A stretch of DNA of 63,966 nucleotides, the filler included. It is 8 parts of 8 records of this genome, joined end to end, with 100 filler letters (N's around TTAATTAATTAA, not from the genome) between each part and the next. Parts side by side here need not be neighbours in the genome. Positions count along the whole stretch, not along the records: positions 36,380 to 47,240 come from SRR20825010_1410; positions 47,341 to 54,449 come from SRR20825010_1414; 6 more parts are not named here. The stretch is one strand, 5' to 3'. Below the pieces are notes generated by a model. That model worked only from the letters and a program-made list of their open reading frames with translations. It searched no databases and was not told the origin of the DNA. The position numbers and the translations under genes are program-made. This document shows positions 40,972-48,649 of the stretch, piece by piece. The number at the start of each line of letters is the position of its first letter. Position 1 is the first letter of the stretch.

Positions 40972-41994
40972 TTACTGAGGTTTCAATTTTTTGTCCACTT
41001 CCAAAATTAGTTCTCTCATTATTTTTTCACCCTCTTCATCCTCGGCCAAAGCTACGATGATATACTTGCGCCAGCTTGGGCCCCATATCAATGCAGAATC
41101 AGAGTGGAAATTTTTCCAGGAACCTGATTTTCGAAATACCTTGGCTCTTGGGGCGATCTGATCTATGGTATTTACAAATTTATGATGCAATTCAGGATCA
41201 GCAAGATATGCCAGCATTTGTTTGGAACGATCGTAATTTACCAATTGCCCGAAAGCCAGCAGATAATAAAACCTGCAAACTTGTGTAGCACTTGCCCCAT
41301 GGCTAATGTTTTTCAACGGGTCGCCTTGTCTTGGCCCTGTGGAGGCATAGCGCTTCCCGACCCAAAGACCACCACCTGTTTCTTCATCATAAAAATCATA
41401 CTCAGGATCCTGCATCACTTCAGCAATTTTATCCAAGCCTACCAAATCAATCATCCGGGTGGTCGCTGCATTGTTGCTTTTGGCTATCATTAACCGCATG
41501 TCTGCTTTCACTTCTTCTGTTTCTTCCAGTTCTCCTTTCTCAATCGCATCGGTCGCGGCTAACAACACGGCTATCTTTGGCAAACTCGCAGCATACATCA
41601 TGTGACTGCCATTGATTCGCGCAAACCGTACTTTTTCGGGATTTCGTAAGTCCACCAACCCAACACAGAGTTTTTTGTTTTCGGCCAGATAAGACCATTT
41701 TTTATTCGAAGCTATAATTTCATCAAGGTCGGTTTGCAAATCATCATCAACCAACGAGCGCAAAGGCATAATCATAGAATCTGCAACCAGCATAGGTAAT
41801 CCGGGGGGCTGTTCATTTTTTGCAAAAGACGAAAGCGCAAACCATCCGGAATTTTTAAACTTCTGAAAACGATCGTTACCAAAATGGAACGCTACAGCAA
41901 TCATTGCTAGGATTGAAAGTGTAACAAGGACTTTACGGACAGGCGGAGCTAAAAACGGATGACCCATGCTAATCGCTTCGGTTATTTTTTTCAT
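40972..41994 (-). CDS. Membrane-anchored class-A-beta-lactamase-fold serine hydrolase
   Basis: N-terminal TM, SxxK (ASLPK), SNN and RKSGS. Confidence 0.82.
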   Translation of the reverse strand: MKKITEAISMGHPFLAPPVRKVLVTLSILAMIAVAFHFGNDRFQKFKNSGWFALSSFAKNEQPPGLPMLVADSMIMPLRSLVDDDLQTDLDEIIASNKKWSYLAENKKLCVGLVDLRNPEKVRFARINGSHMMYAASLPKIAVLLAATDAIEKGELEETEEVKADMRLMIAKSNNAATTRMIDLVGLDKIAEVMQDPEYDFYDEETGGGLWVGKRYASTGPRQGDPLKNISHGASATQVCRFYYLLAFGQLVNYDRSKQMLAYLADPELHHKFVNTIDQIAPRAKVFRKSGSWKNFHSDSALIWGPSWRKYIIVALAEDEEGEKIMRELILEVDKKLKPQ

Positions 41995-42232
41995 AGGATG
42001 AGGTAAGATGGCATATTCTATATGAGCGCTTTTTTGTTGACTTTCAGCTACATAGAGCTCTCAATTGAAGTCCTCATACGTTGGATTATTTATTTAGTTG
42101 TAAGGTAGTTGAAAAGAATTTTAAGCCACTGTTGGGGCATCCATAAGGAACATTTTTGCGCAGGAAAAAGTCATCTGGCTGCCGGATTTATCCGATGATA
42201 TAAAACAGCATTTTTAAATGGTTTTTTAGTTA

Positions 42233-42255
42233 TTATTTAGAATCTTTCTAAATAA
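42233..42255. promoter_or_regulatory. Iron-regulator (Fur-type) box 1: TTATTTAGAA-TCT-TTCTAAATAA
   Basis: Perfect 10-3-10 inverted repeat, 6 nt before a Bacteroidota -7 element TAGATTTG (42262-42269), upstream of the regulator-feoAB operon. Confidence 0.85.
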
Positions 42256-42304
42256 AGTCATTAGATTTGCATCGCTTCTCAAAGGCTCAATTCAATCGAC
42301 ATCA

Positions 42305-42943
42305 ATGAAAAAAGTATCAGTCATTCTTTCGGATTTTCAGTTTCTCACCAGAGAGGGATTGATCCATCTGATCGAAAAGAACGATGATTTTGAATTGCTC
42401 GGTGTAAACGATGGTCCGGAAGGACTATTGGAACTGGTTTTGGAGCATCACCCGGACGTATTGTTGCTCGATTATCAAAGCCAGGATCCGGTATTGCTTA
42501 CGCTGTTAAAACAAATCATACGCTCTCAGGCTACCAATGTGCTAATCATCACCAACGATAGCAACAAAGCTCATATCCAGAACCTCCTGAAGATGGGGAT
42601 AAAAGGAATCGTAACAAAAGGATGCAGCAAACTGGAAATTGTGAATGCCATGCATTCGGTTTCAAAAAACAATCGGTTTTTTTGCAACAAAGTACTTGAC
42701 CTGGTCATGGCCGGAGGACCGGAAGAAGAGCAGAACTGCCTCCCTACCGAGCTTTCTCCCCGAGAAAACGAAGTTTTGCAACTCATAACCAAAGGATTTA
42801 AAACCACTACTATCGCAGATCATTTGCATGTTAGTGTTCATACTATAAATTCGCACCGCAAAAACATCCTGAAAAAACTAAACCTCAAGTCTCCTGCAGA
42901 GCTTATTGTTTTTGCCATGGAGACTGGCTTGGTAAAGTCCTAA
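42305..42943 (+). CDS. NarL/LuxR-family response regulator
   Basis: Receiver domain (PDVLLLD) plus LuxR HTH LSPRENEVL...HTINSHRKNILKKL. Confidence 0.92.
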   Translation: MKKVSVILSDFQFLTREGLIHLIEKNDDFELLGVNDGPEGLLELVLEHHPDVLLLDYQSQDPVLLTLLKQIIRSQATNVLIITNDSNKAHIQNLLKMGIKGIVTKGCSKLEIVNAMHSVSKNNRFFCNKVLDLVMAGGPEEEQNCLPTELSPRENEVLQLITKGFKTTTIADHLHVSVHTINSHRKNILKKLNLKSPAELIVFAMETGLVKS

Positions 42944-42959
42944 ATCAAAAAGCAAGACA

Positions 42960-43175
42960 TTGACACTCGATCAACTCCCAACCAATCAACCGGCCACCAT
43001 CCACGCGATGGTTCGCAATAGCCTGACTCCCAAACTGGTTGAAATGGGATTGTATCCGGGCAAGGTGGTGAAGGTGATCTTCCGGGCCCCATTCGGCGAT
43101 CCCATTGCAATAGATATTGAAGGCTACACGCTTTCGCTTCGCAAGAGTGAAGCTTCCAAAATCGAGCTTGTTTGA
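42960..43175 (+). CDS. feoA: Ferrous iron transport protein A
   Basis: KLVEMGLYPG, APFGDPI and LSLRKSEA. Confidence 0.93.
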   Translation: MTLDQLPTNQPATIHAMVRNSLTPKLVEMGLYPGKVVKVIFRAPFGDPIAIDIEGYTLSLRKSEASKIELV

Positions 43176-43176
43176 G

Positions 43177-45135
43177 ATGAAGGTAGCATTAGTAGGGAAT
43201 CCCAATTCTGGTAAAACGTCTATTTTTAATCACCTGACTGGTTTAAATCAGAAAGTCGGGAATTACCCTGGAATCACAGTAGACAAGAAGTTTGGAAACC
43301 TAACCGGAACCAGGGATATCCAGATTCTCGATTTGCCGGGCACCTACAGTATCTACCCCAAATCACGAGACGAAGAGTTGGTTACAGAAGTTCTTAGTAA
43401 CAAAGCACATCCTGATCATCCTGATTTGGTAGTAGTAGTATTGGATATTACCAATCTCGAACGGAACCTATTTCTTTATTCGCAAATTCATGACATGGGA
43501 CTGCCCGTAATAGCGGTGCTAAACATGATGGATTTGGCATCAAGAAAAGGGCTGTCAGTTGATCCAAACAAACTCAATGAGCTTTTTGGAGCGGTGAATA
43601 CCATACCCGTGAATGCCCGCAAGAAAGACGAAGTGGCTCTTGTGAAAGAAGCTATCCTTCACTATGAACCATCGGATTTTACAACAACACAGCCCATTCT
43701 CGAAGGGGAATTTAACGCTAAAAAATTTGCAACTCTAGACTCCAATGGACAGGAGGAGTGGGCGGAAAAGCGCTATCGAAAAATCAACCAGATGCTGTCT
43801 TTTTGCCTGAAAAAAAGTGAACTGAAAGACAGTAAAACGCTGAAGTTTGATAAAATCATCACGCATCCGATACTTGGCTATGCGTTTTTTCTAGGACTAC
43901 TATTCCTGATTTTTCAGGCCATATACGCATGGGCTGAATGGCCCATGGATCTCATAGACTCAGTTTTCCTTACCGCAAGCCGGTTGGTCAAAACCAATTT
44001 GCCAGCTGGGGTTTTGACCAACCTAATTGCCGAAGGTTTGATCCCTGGTTTGGGGGGAGTGATCATTTTTATTCCACAAATTGCCCTGCTGTTTAGTTTC
44101 ATCTTCTTCATGGAAGAAAGTGGCTACATGGCAAGGGTGGTTTTTATTTTGGACAAACTCATGCGTCCTTTCGGCCTGAACGGAAGAAGTGTTGTACCAC
44201 TCATTTCGAGCGTTGCATGCGCCATTCCAGCGATCATGGCTACCAGAACGATCGACAACTGGAAAGAGCGCTTAATCACCATCATGGTCACACCATTGAT
44301 GAGTTGCTCGGCCAGGCTTCCGGTTTATACACTGCTCATTGCACTCACTATTCCGGATCAGACCATTGGTATCTTCAACCTGAAAGGACTGGTCTTGATG
44401 GGTCTTTACCTCATTGGATTAATCGCCGCATTGCTAGCTGCTTTTGCTTTTAAGTTGATTATCAAATCCAAGCAAATGAGCTTTCTGGTAATGGAGCTTC
44501 CCAGCTACAAAATGCCACGATGGAACAATTTGCTACTGACCATTTGGGAAAAGGTTCAGGTGTTCGTTTGGGAAGCCGGGAAGGTAATTGTAGCCATTTC
44601 CATAGTATTGTGGGTGCTCGCTTCCTATGGCCCTCCAGGTAGGATCGACGAAGCTGTAAGCCAAATCAGCATTCCGCAAAACGAAATGGCGCTGGAGGAA
44701 TACGAGAATCAGGTTGCATCGGTGAGTTTATCCAATTCCTATATCGGAATATTGGGCCATAGCATAGAGCCCGTGATCCGACCCTTGGGCTACAACTGGC
44801 AGATTGGTATCGCGTTGATTACCTCCTTTGCAGCCAGAGAAGTTTTTGTTGGATCAATGGCCACCATATACAGTGTTGGGGAAGATTTTGAGGAAAACGT
44901 ATCGCTCATTGAGCGCATGCGAAATGAGAAAAACCCAAATACCGGAACAAAAGTCTACAGCATGGCATCCGGTCTGTCGTTAATGGTTTTTTATGCATTT
45001 GCAATGCAATGCATGAGTACTTTGGCCATCGTTTTCCGGGAAACTAAAAGCTGGAAATGGCCGTTGATACAGTTGATTTATATGTCAGGGCTGGCCTATC
45101 TGGCGGCACTATTTACTTTTCAAATGCTACAATGA
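43177..45135 (+). CDS. feoB: Ferrous iron transport protein B
   Basis: GNPNSGKT, VGNYPGITV, DLPGTYS and NMMD GTPase motifs, a polytopic C-terminus, and MSCSARLPVY. Confidence 0.97.
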   Translation: MKVALVGNPNSGKTSIFNHLTGLNQKVGNYPGITVDKKFGNLTGTRDIQILDLPGTYSIYPKSRDEELVTEVLSNKAHPDHPDLVVVVLDITNLERNLFLYSQIHDMGLPVIAVLNMMDLASRKGLSVDPNKLNELFGAVNTIPVNARKKDEVALVKEAILHYEPSDFTTTQPILEGEFNAKKFATLDSNGQEEWAEKRYRKINQMLSFCLKKSELKDSKTLKFDKIITHPILGYAFFLGLLFLIFQAIYAWAEWPMDLIDSVFLTASRLVKTNLPAGVLTNLIAEGLIPGLGGVIIFIPQIALLFSFIFFMEESGYMARVVFILDKLMRPFGLNGRSVVPLISSVACAIPAIMATRTIDNWKERLITIMVTPLMSCSARLPVYTLLIALTIPDQTIGIFNLKGLVLMGLYLIGLIAALLAAFAFKLIIKSKQMSFLVMELPSYKMPRWNNLLLTIWEKVQVFVWEAGKVIVAISIVLWVLASYGPPGRIDEAVSQISIPQNEMALEEYENQVASVSLSNSYIGILGHSIEPVIRPLGYNWQIGIALITSFAAREVFVGSMATIYSVGEDFEENVSLIERMRNEKNPNTGTKVYSMASGLSLMVFYAFAMQCMSTLAIVFRETKSWKWPLIQLIYMSGLAYLAALFTFQMLQ

Positions 45136-45278
45136 TGGTGCAAACTGCAATCGTATTATTGGTTTTTCTGATCGCCTCCTACTTCCTCATTAAGCGGATT
45201 TACAAGAGTTTTTTCAGCAAAAACCACGATTGCGAAGGCTGTGCCGTTTCTCAAATTGCAAAGAAACACCATCACTAG
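45132..45278 (+). CDS. FeoB-associated Cys-rich small membrane protein
   Basis: 48 aa: TM helix, CEGC and a terminal HHH. ATGA overlap with the feoB stop. Confidence 0.8.
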   Translation: MMVQTAIVLLVFLIASYFLIKRIYKSFFSKNHDCEGCAVSQIAKKHHH

Positions 45279-45343
45279 TAGTAGTGATAAATTCTACTAC
45301 GCCTAGCTATTGAATGGGTGGAACCAAATCAGGTACTTTTGCA

Positions 45344-45366
45344 TTATCTAGAAACATTCTAAATAA
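45344..45366. promoter_or_regulatory. Iron-regulator box 2: TTATCTAGAA-ACA-TTCTAAATAA
   Basis: One arm mismatch relative to box 1; lies just after a -7 element TACTTTTG (45334-45341) and 8 nt before the ATG at 45375. Confidence 0.85.
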
Positions 45367-45374
45367 GTTTCACA

Positions 45375-45527
45375 ATGTTTGATTACCACGTAGAAGAAGA
45401 GCTATCCGCTTGTTCATCCTTCAAAACCGAAGGAATGATTAAAATGGATGAGTGTGTCTTCAAAAAATGTTGTGAGAAATTCAAAAAGAAAAAGAAGAAG
45501 CGTTGTAAGAAGTGTCCGGAAAGATGA
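45375..45527 (+). CDS. Unannotated 50-aa Cys/Lys-rich protein with a CC-x10-C-x2-CP motif
   Basis: MFDYHVEEELSACSSFKTEGMIKMDECVFKKCCEKFKKKKKKRCKKCPER*. It has its own promoter and operator, and its stop overlaps the next start (ATGA at 45524-45527). Below the ORF-track cut-off. Confidence 0.75.
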   Translation: MFDYHVEEELSACSSFKTEGMIKMDECVFKKCCEKFKKKKKKRCKKCPER

Positions 45528-45880
45528 TCGATCAGCAAGAATTAAGCCTTTCAACCAACCTCGTATTCCAAACCTCAAACACCTCACTCTCTCAATGTGA
45601 CCGGTCGGAAAAATTTGTGCTTAACATTTTCGATCAAACCATCGAATTGAGCGTTTGCGCATTGATTGCCTTCAAGAAAAAAATCCAGGATGTTGACTTG
45701 GCTGGAATGTTCGCCTGTGATCATTCAGGAATCGAAATCATACGTCTTGCGTACTGCGACCGTATCTTCGTTTTGACCATACAGGAAATATTGGAGCTGC
45801 GCGACCTGTTCTCAGGTTCCTTCGCCATGTTAGAGTTGAATAGTGTTATCCACAAGGCCATCATCCGAAAGCGAGCTTAA
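45524..45880 (+). CDS. Hypothetical protein (118 aa, four Cys; possibly DUF6686-like)
   Basis: Translationally coupled to the 50-aa ORF; sits between the feo operon and ferritin. The family guess is from memory only. Confidence 0.7.
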   Translation: MIDQQELSLSTNLVFQTSNTSLSQCDRSEKFVLNIFDQTIELSVCALIAFKKKIQDVDLAGMFACDHSGIEIIRLAYCDRIFVLTIQEILELRDLFSGSFAMLELNSVIHKAIIRKRA

Positions 45881-45882
45881 GC

Positions 45883-45905
45883 TTACTTAGAAAGATTATA
45901 AATAC
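45883..45905. promoter_or_regulatory. Iron-regulator box 3 (degenerate): TTACTTAGAA-AGA-TTATAAATAC
   Basis: Three arm mismatches relative to box 1; 74 nt upstream of the ferritin start. Confidence 0.65.
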
Positions 45906-45979
45906 TAGCCGATTTTGACTAATCTGGCACTTTTCTGTTTCCTTTGTTGTATTAAATACGATCAAAAGACGAATTACAC

Positions 45980-46513
45980 ATGAAAGATATATTGAGAAGA
46001 CATCAGGTGCTGAAAGAGGAAATAGTAAATGCACTCAACAAGCAGGTGAAAATGGAGGCGCAATCTTCTGCAGCGTATCTGGCCATGGCGGCATGGTGCG
46101 ACATGGAAGGGTATGACAACAGCGCTGACTACTTTTTCAAGCAAGCAGAAGAAGAGCGCAAGCATCAGCTGAAGTTATTCCATTATCTGACCGACATGGA
46201 GTGCAGAGCCATCTCCCCTACTGTCGGTGAGTCTGAGCATGATTTTTCATCCCTCAGAAGTGTCTTCGAGTCTGCTTTGGAGCACGAAATAGCCGTAACC
46301 GACTCCATTCACGATATCGTGAGAGAATGCAGGAAACAAGGCGATATCGCTACTGAAGAGTTTATGAGATGGTTTGTGCAGGAGCAAATCGAAGAAGAGT
46401 TTGTAGCACGACGTGTACTTGAGTTGTTCGACGTATTAGGTGAAGACAAAATCGCTCTTGGAATGTTTGAAGAGAGAGTACTCCACGTAGCTTATGATGG
46501 TGGAGAGGCTTAA
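45980..46513 (+). CDS. ftnA: Non-heme ferritin
   Basis: LNKQVKME..SS..YLAMA, EEERKH, ALEHE and WFVQEQIEEE ferroxidase residues. Confidence 0.93.
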   Translation: MKDILRRHQVLKEEIVNALNKQVKMEAQSSAAYLAMAAWCDMEGYDNSADYFFKQAEEERKHQLKLFHYLTDMECRAISPTVGESEHDFSSLRSVFESALEHEIAVTDSIHDIVRECRKQGDIATEEFMRWFVQEQIEEEFVARRVLELFDVLGEDKIALGMFEERVLHVAYDGGEA

Positions 46514-46536
46514 GCCCTTCTAAACAAAGAAATATT

Positions 46537-46572
46537 AAAAAGGAGAATCGGTAACGGTTCTCCTTTTTTTTT
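46537..46572. terminator. Bidirectional terminator after ferritin
   Basis: AAAAAGGAGAATCG-GTAA-CGGTTCTCCTTTTTTTTT. Confidence 0.88.
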
Positions 46573-46637
46573 GTTCTAAAATTAGAAAAGCAGACCAATT
46601 GGCCTGCTCTTTTATCTACTATATCGCTTAAAACATG

Positions 46638-47240
46638 TTATCGTCTGATAATACGTTGTGTAATCGTCTGATCCTTTGTTTTGATAGTCAACATATAGGT
46701 TCCCTGTGAGAGATGTGCCAAGCTAATCCTATCACTAGCGGAGTTAAAATCCATCTTCTGAATATTTCCTGATAGATCAAGAAGGCACACTGAAAGGATT
46801 GGATCTGCACTTGCAATCATCACTACATCATTAGTCGGGTTCGGATAAACTTTAAAATCCGTCAAATCATCAACCGATAGAGCCTCCTCCACATCTATTA
46901 AGGAAACTGTAACAATCGCCAACGCCCTTAGGCTACCATCAGTCACCTCGACGGTAAGTATGTATTGTTCCTTGATTTCAAAATCCAACAATGAGCTGTT
47001 CGACACAGTCAATTCACCAGATTCAGATAGTTCGAACACGCCATTGTCATTTCCAGATAAAATAGAAAAAGTCAATGGGTCTGCATCCGTTGCAAGAATA
47101 GTCCCTACAACCGTACCGTTTGCACTGTTCTCTTCTATGGTAAAAGTCTGATCGGCAATCTCAGGTGCTTGGTTAAGCGTTTCATCCACATCAGTGACAT
47201 TCACCGTTACCGTTGCGGAAGCTGTTAACTCTCCGTCCGA
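46638..47240 (-). CDS. Cadherin-domain surface protein with a T9SS type-A C-terminal sorting domain, partial
   Basis: NQAPEI, EENSANGTVVG, LDFE and VTDG cadherin motifs; C-terminal VYPNPT...DLSG...GTYML...RII. Supports a Bacteroidota origin. Confidence 0.9.
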   Translation of the reverse strand, partial: SDGELTASATVTVNVTDVDETLNQAPEIADQTFTIEENSANGTVVGTILATDADPLTFSILSGNDNGVFELSESGELTVSNSSLLDFEIKEQYILTVEVTDGSLRALAIVTVSLIDVEEALSVDDLTDFKVYPNPTNDVVMIASADPILSVCLLDLSGNIQKMDFNSASDRISLAHLSQGTYMLTIKTKDQTITQRIIRR

Positions 47241-47340
47241 NNNNNNNNNNNNNNNNNNNNNNNNNNNNNNNNNNNNNNNNNNNNTTAATTAATTAANNNN
47301 NNNNNNNNNNNNNNNNNNNNNNNNNNNNNNNNNNNNNNNN
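47241..47340. other. Artificial contig linker
   Basis: 44 N + TTAATTAATTAA + 44 N. Confidence 0.99.
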
Positions 47341-47932
47341 ACGCTCGGATTTTCTGTTTGATCTTCACTCGGGTGGCAGTTCGCTTTTTTACACCCCGAC
47401 ATTGCTCTTTTCCATCACCTCCGATGATCCGAATCTCGCCTTGAAGCGGGAGATTGCGGAAGCTTTCAGCCTGCCGCACACTCTATATTTCGAACGTAGC
47501 GATGCGGGCAGTTTTTCCTCTGCGGCGGCCTTTCGCAACGGGGTCTGCAGCATCCTGACCGAGCTTGCCGGCGGCGGTACGGTTTCCAAGGGACTGCCCA
47601 AGCTTGCCGGTGACGGCCTGCTCCGCTCTTTACACAAAATTGGCGTGATCACCACCGCCCCGGAACAAGCCCCTAAAAAGAGCCGGATATTCAATGAGGA
47701 AGGCAGCATTTTCGCAACCGAACCGGGCGTCTATGAACCGCTCGCCGATCCGGGGGAGGATGTCCACGCGGGTCAGCCCGCCGCGCTGATCCACCGCACC
47801 GAAACCCCCGGCCGCGAGCCGATCGAACTGTTTTTTGAGACGGATGGGGTTATTCTCGCAAAACGGCAAGGCGCAAGGGTGGTGCGCGGGGATTGCCTGT
47901 TTCATATCGGGCAGGGCGAAGAGAAAAGCTGA
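47341..47932 (+). CDS. Succinylglutamate desuccinylase/aspartoacylase (M14) family protein, partial
   Basis: In frame from the edge: DFLFDLHSGG, TELAGGG and a C-terminal barrel-sandwich domain. Confidence 0.85.
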
Positions 47933-47967
47933 GCAACCGGACTTAGGGCTATCCCGGAAAGTTGATA

Positions 47968-48567
47968 ATGGATGATATTCTTCTCGCCATCGCCATCAGC
48001 TTTATGGCCTTTATCTCGACCAGCATTGACAATCTCTTCCTGCTTGTCACCTTATCACTCCATCCGAAGTACGGAGTAGCCAAGGTCCGGCAGGGGTATC
48101 TTCTGGCTGTTTTGGTGATGATTGGCATCTGCCTGCTCTTCGCCCAGGGCATCCAAACACTCCCCGTCAATTTAGTCCCTTATATCGGGTTGATCCCACT
48201 CGGAATTGGTCTTTATGAGCTATGGCAGCTTTTCCGCCGGAGCGAATCCACGGAGATAACTAATCCCGACATAAAGCTGAAAGACGGCGGCAGCTTTCTT
48301 ACCATTGCGCTCATCATGATCACCCATAGCTGGGATTCCGTCGCGGTGCTGGCCCCGCTCCTCTCCGATACCCGACCCGGCCTGATTGGCTGGATGGTCG
48401 TGAGTATCATCGCCGCGGCTACTATTCTCACCTTCGGCGCGCAGAAGGCCGTTGGCCATCCGAAAACGAAGTCATTTCTGGAACGATACGCGCCAAAGGC
48501 CCTACCCTTCCTACTGATCGGTGTCGGCCTCTATATCCTGACCAACACTCCGACGGATATCACTTAA
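47968..48567 (+). CDS. CadD-like (cadmium resistance transporter, LysE superfamily) membrane protein
   Basis: FISTSIDNLFLL, GLIPLGIG, SWDSVAVLAPL and LLIGVGLYIL. Confidence 0.75.
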   Translation: MDDILLAIAISFMAFISTSIDNLFLLVTLSLHPKYGVAKVRQGYLLAVLVMIGICLLFAQGIQTLPVNLVPYIGLIPLGIGLYELWQLFRRSESTEITNPDIKLKDGGSFLTIALIMITHSWDSVAVLAPLLSDTRPGLIGWMVVSIIAAATILTFGAQKAVGHPKTKSFLERYAPKALPFLLIGVGLYILTNTPTDIT

Positions 48568-48649
48568 AAAAGAGTCCTGAAGGCTTTATCATTTTGCGGG
48601 AATTCGATATTGTAACGGTTTAACTCATAGTTGTTTCGGAAATAATCTG

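Noticed and set aside
36867-41994. Calling the two serine hydrolases antibiotic-resistance beta-lactamases
   Set aside because: The fold motifs are present, but I cannot identify the class A omega-loop ExxLN. Activity is unknown, so only the fold is claimed.
45980-47932. Functional links across linkers (for example between Bacteroidota iron genes and the next fragment, or hemL and paa)
   Set aside because: The fragments come from different contigs and organisms, so the adjacency is artificial.
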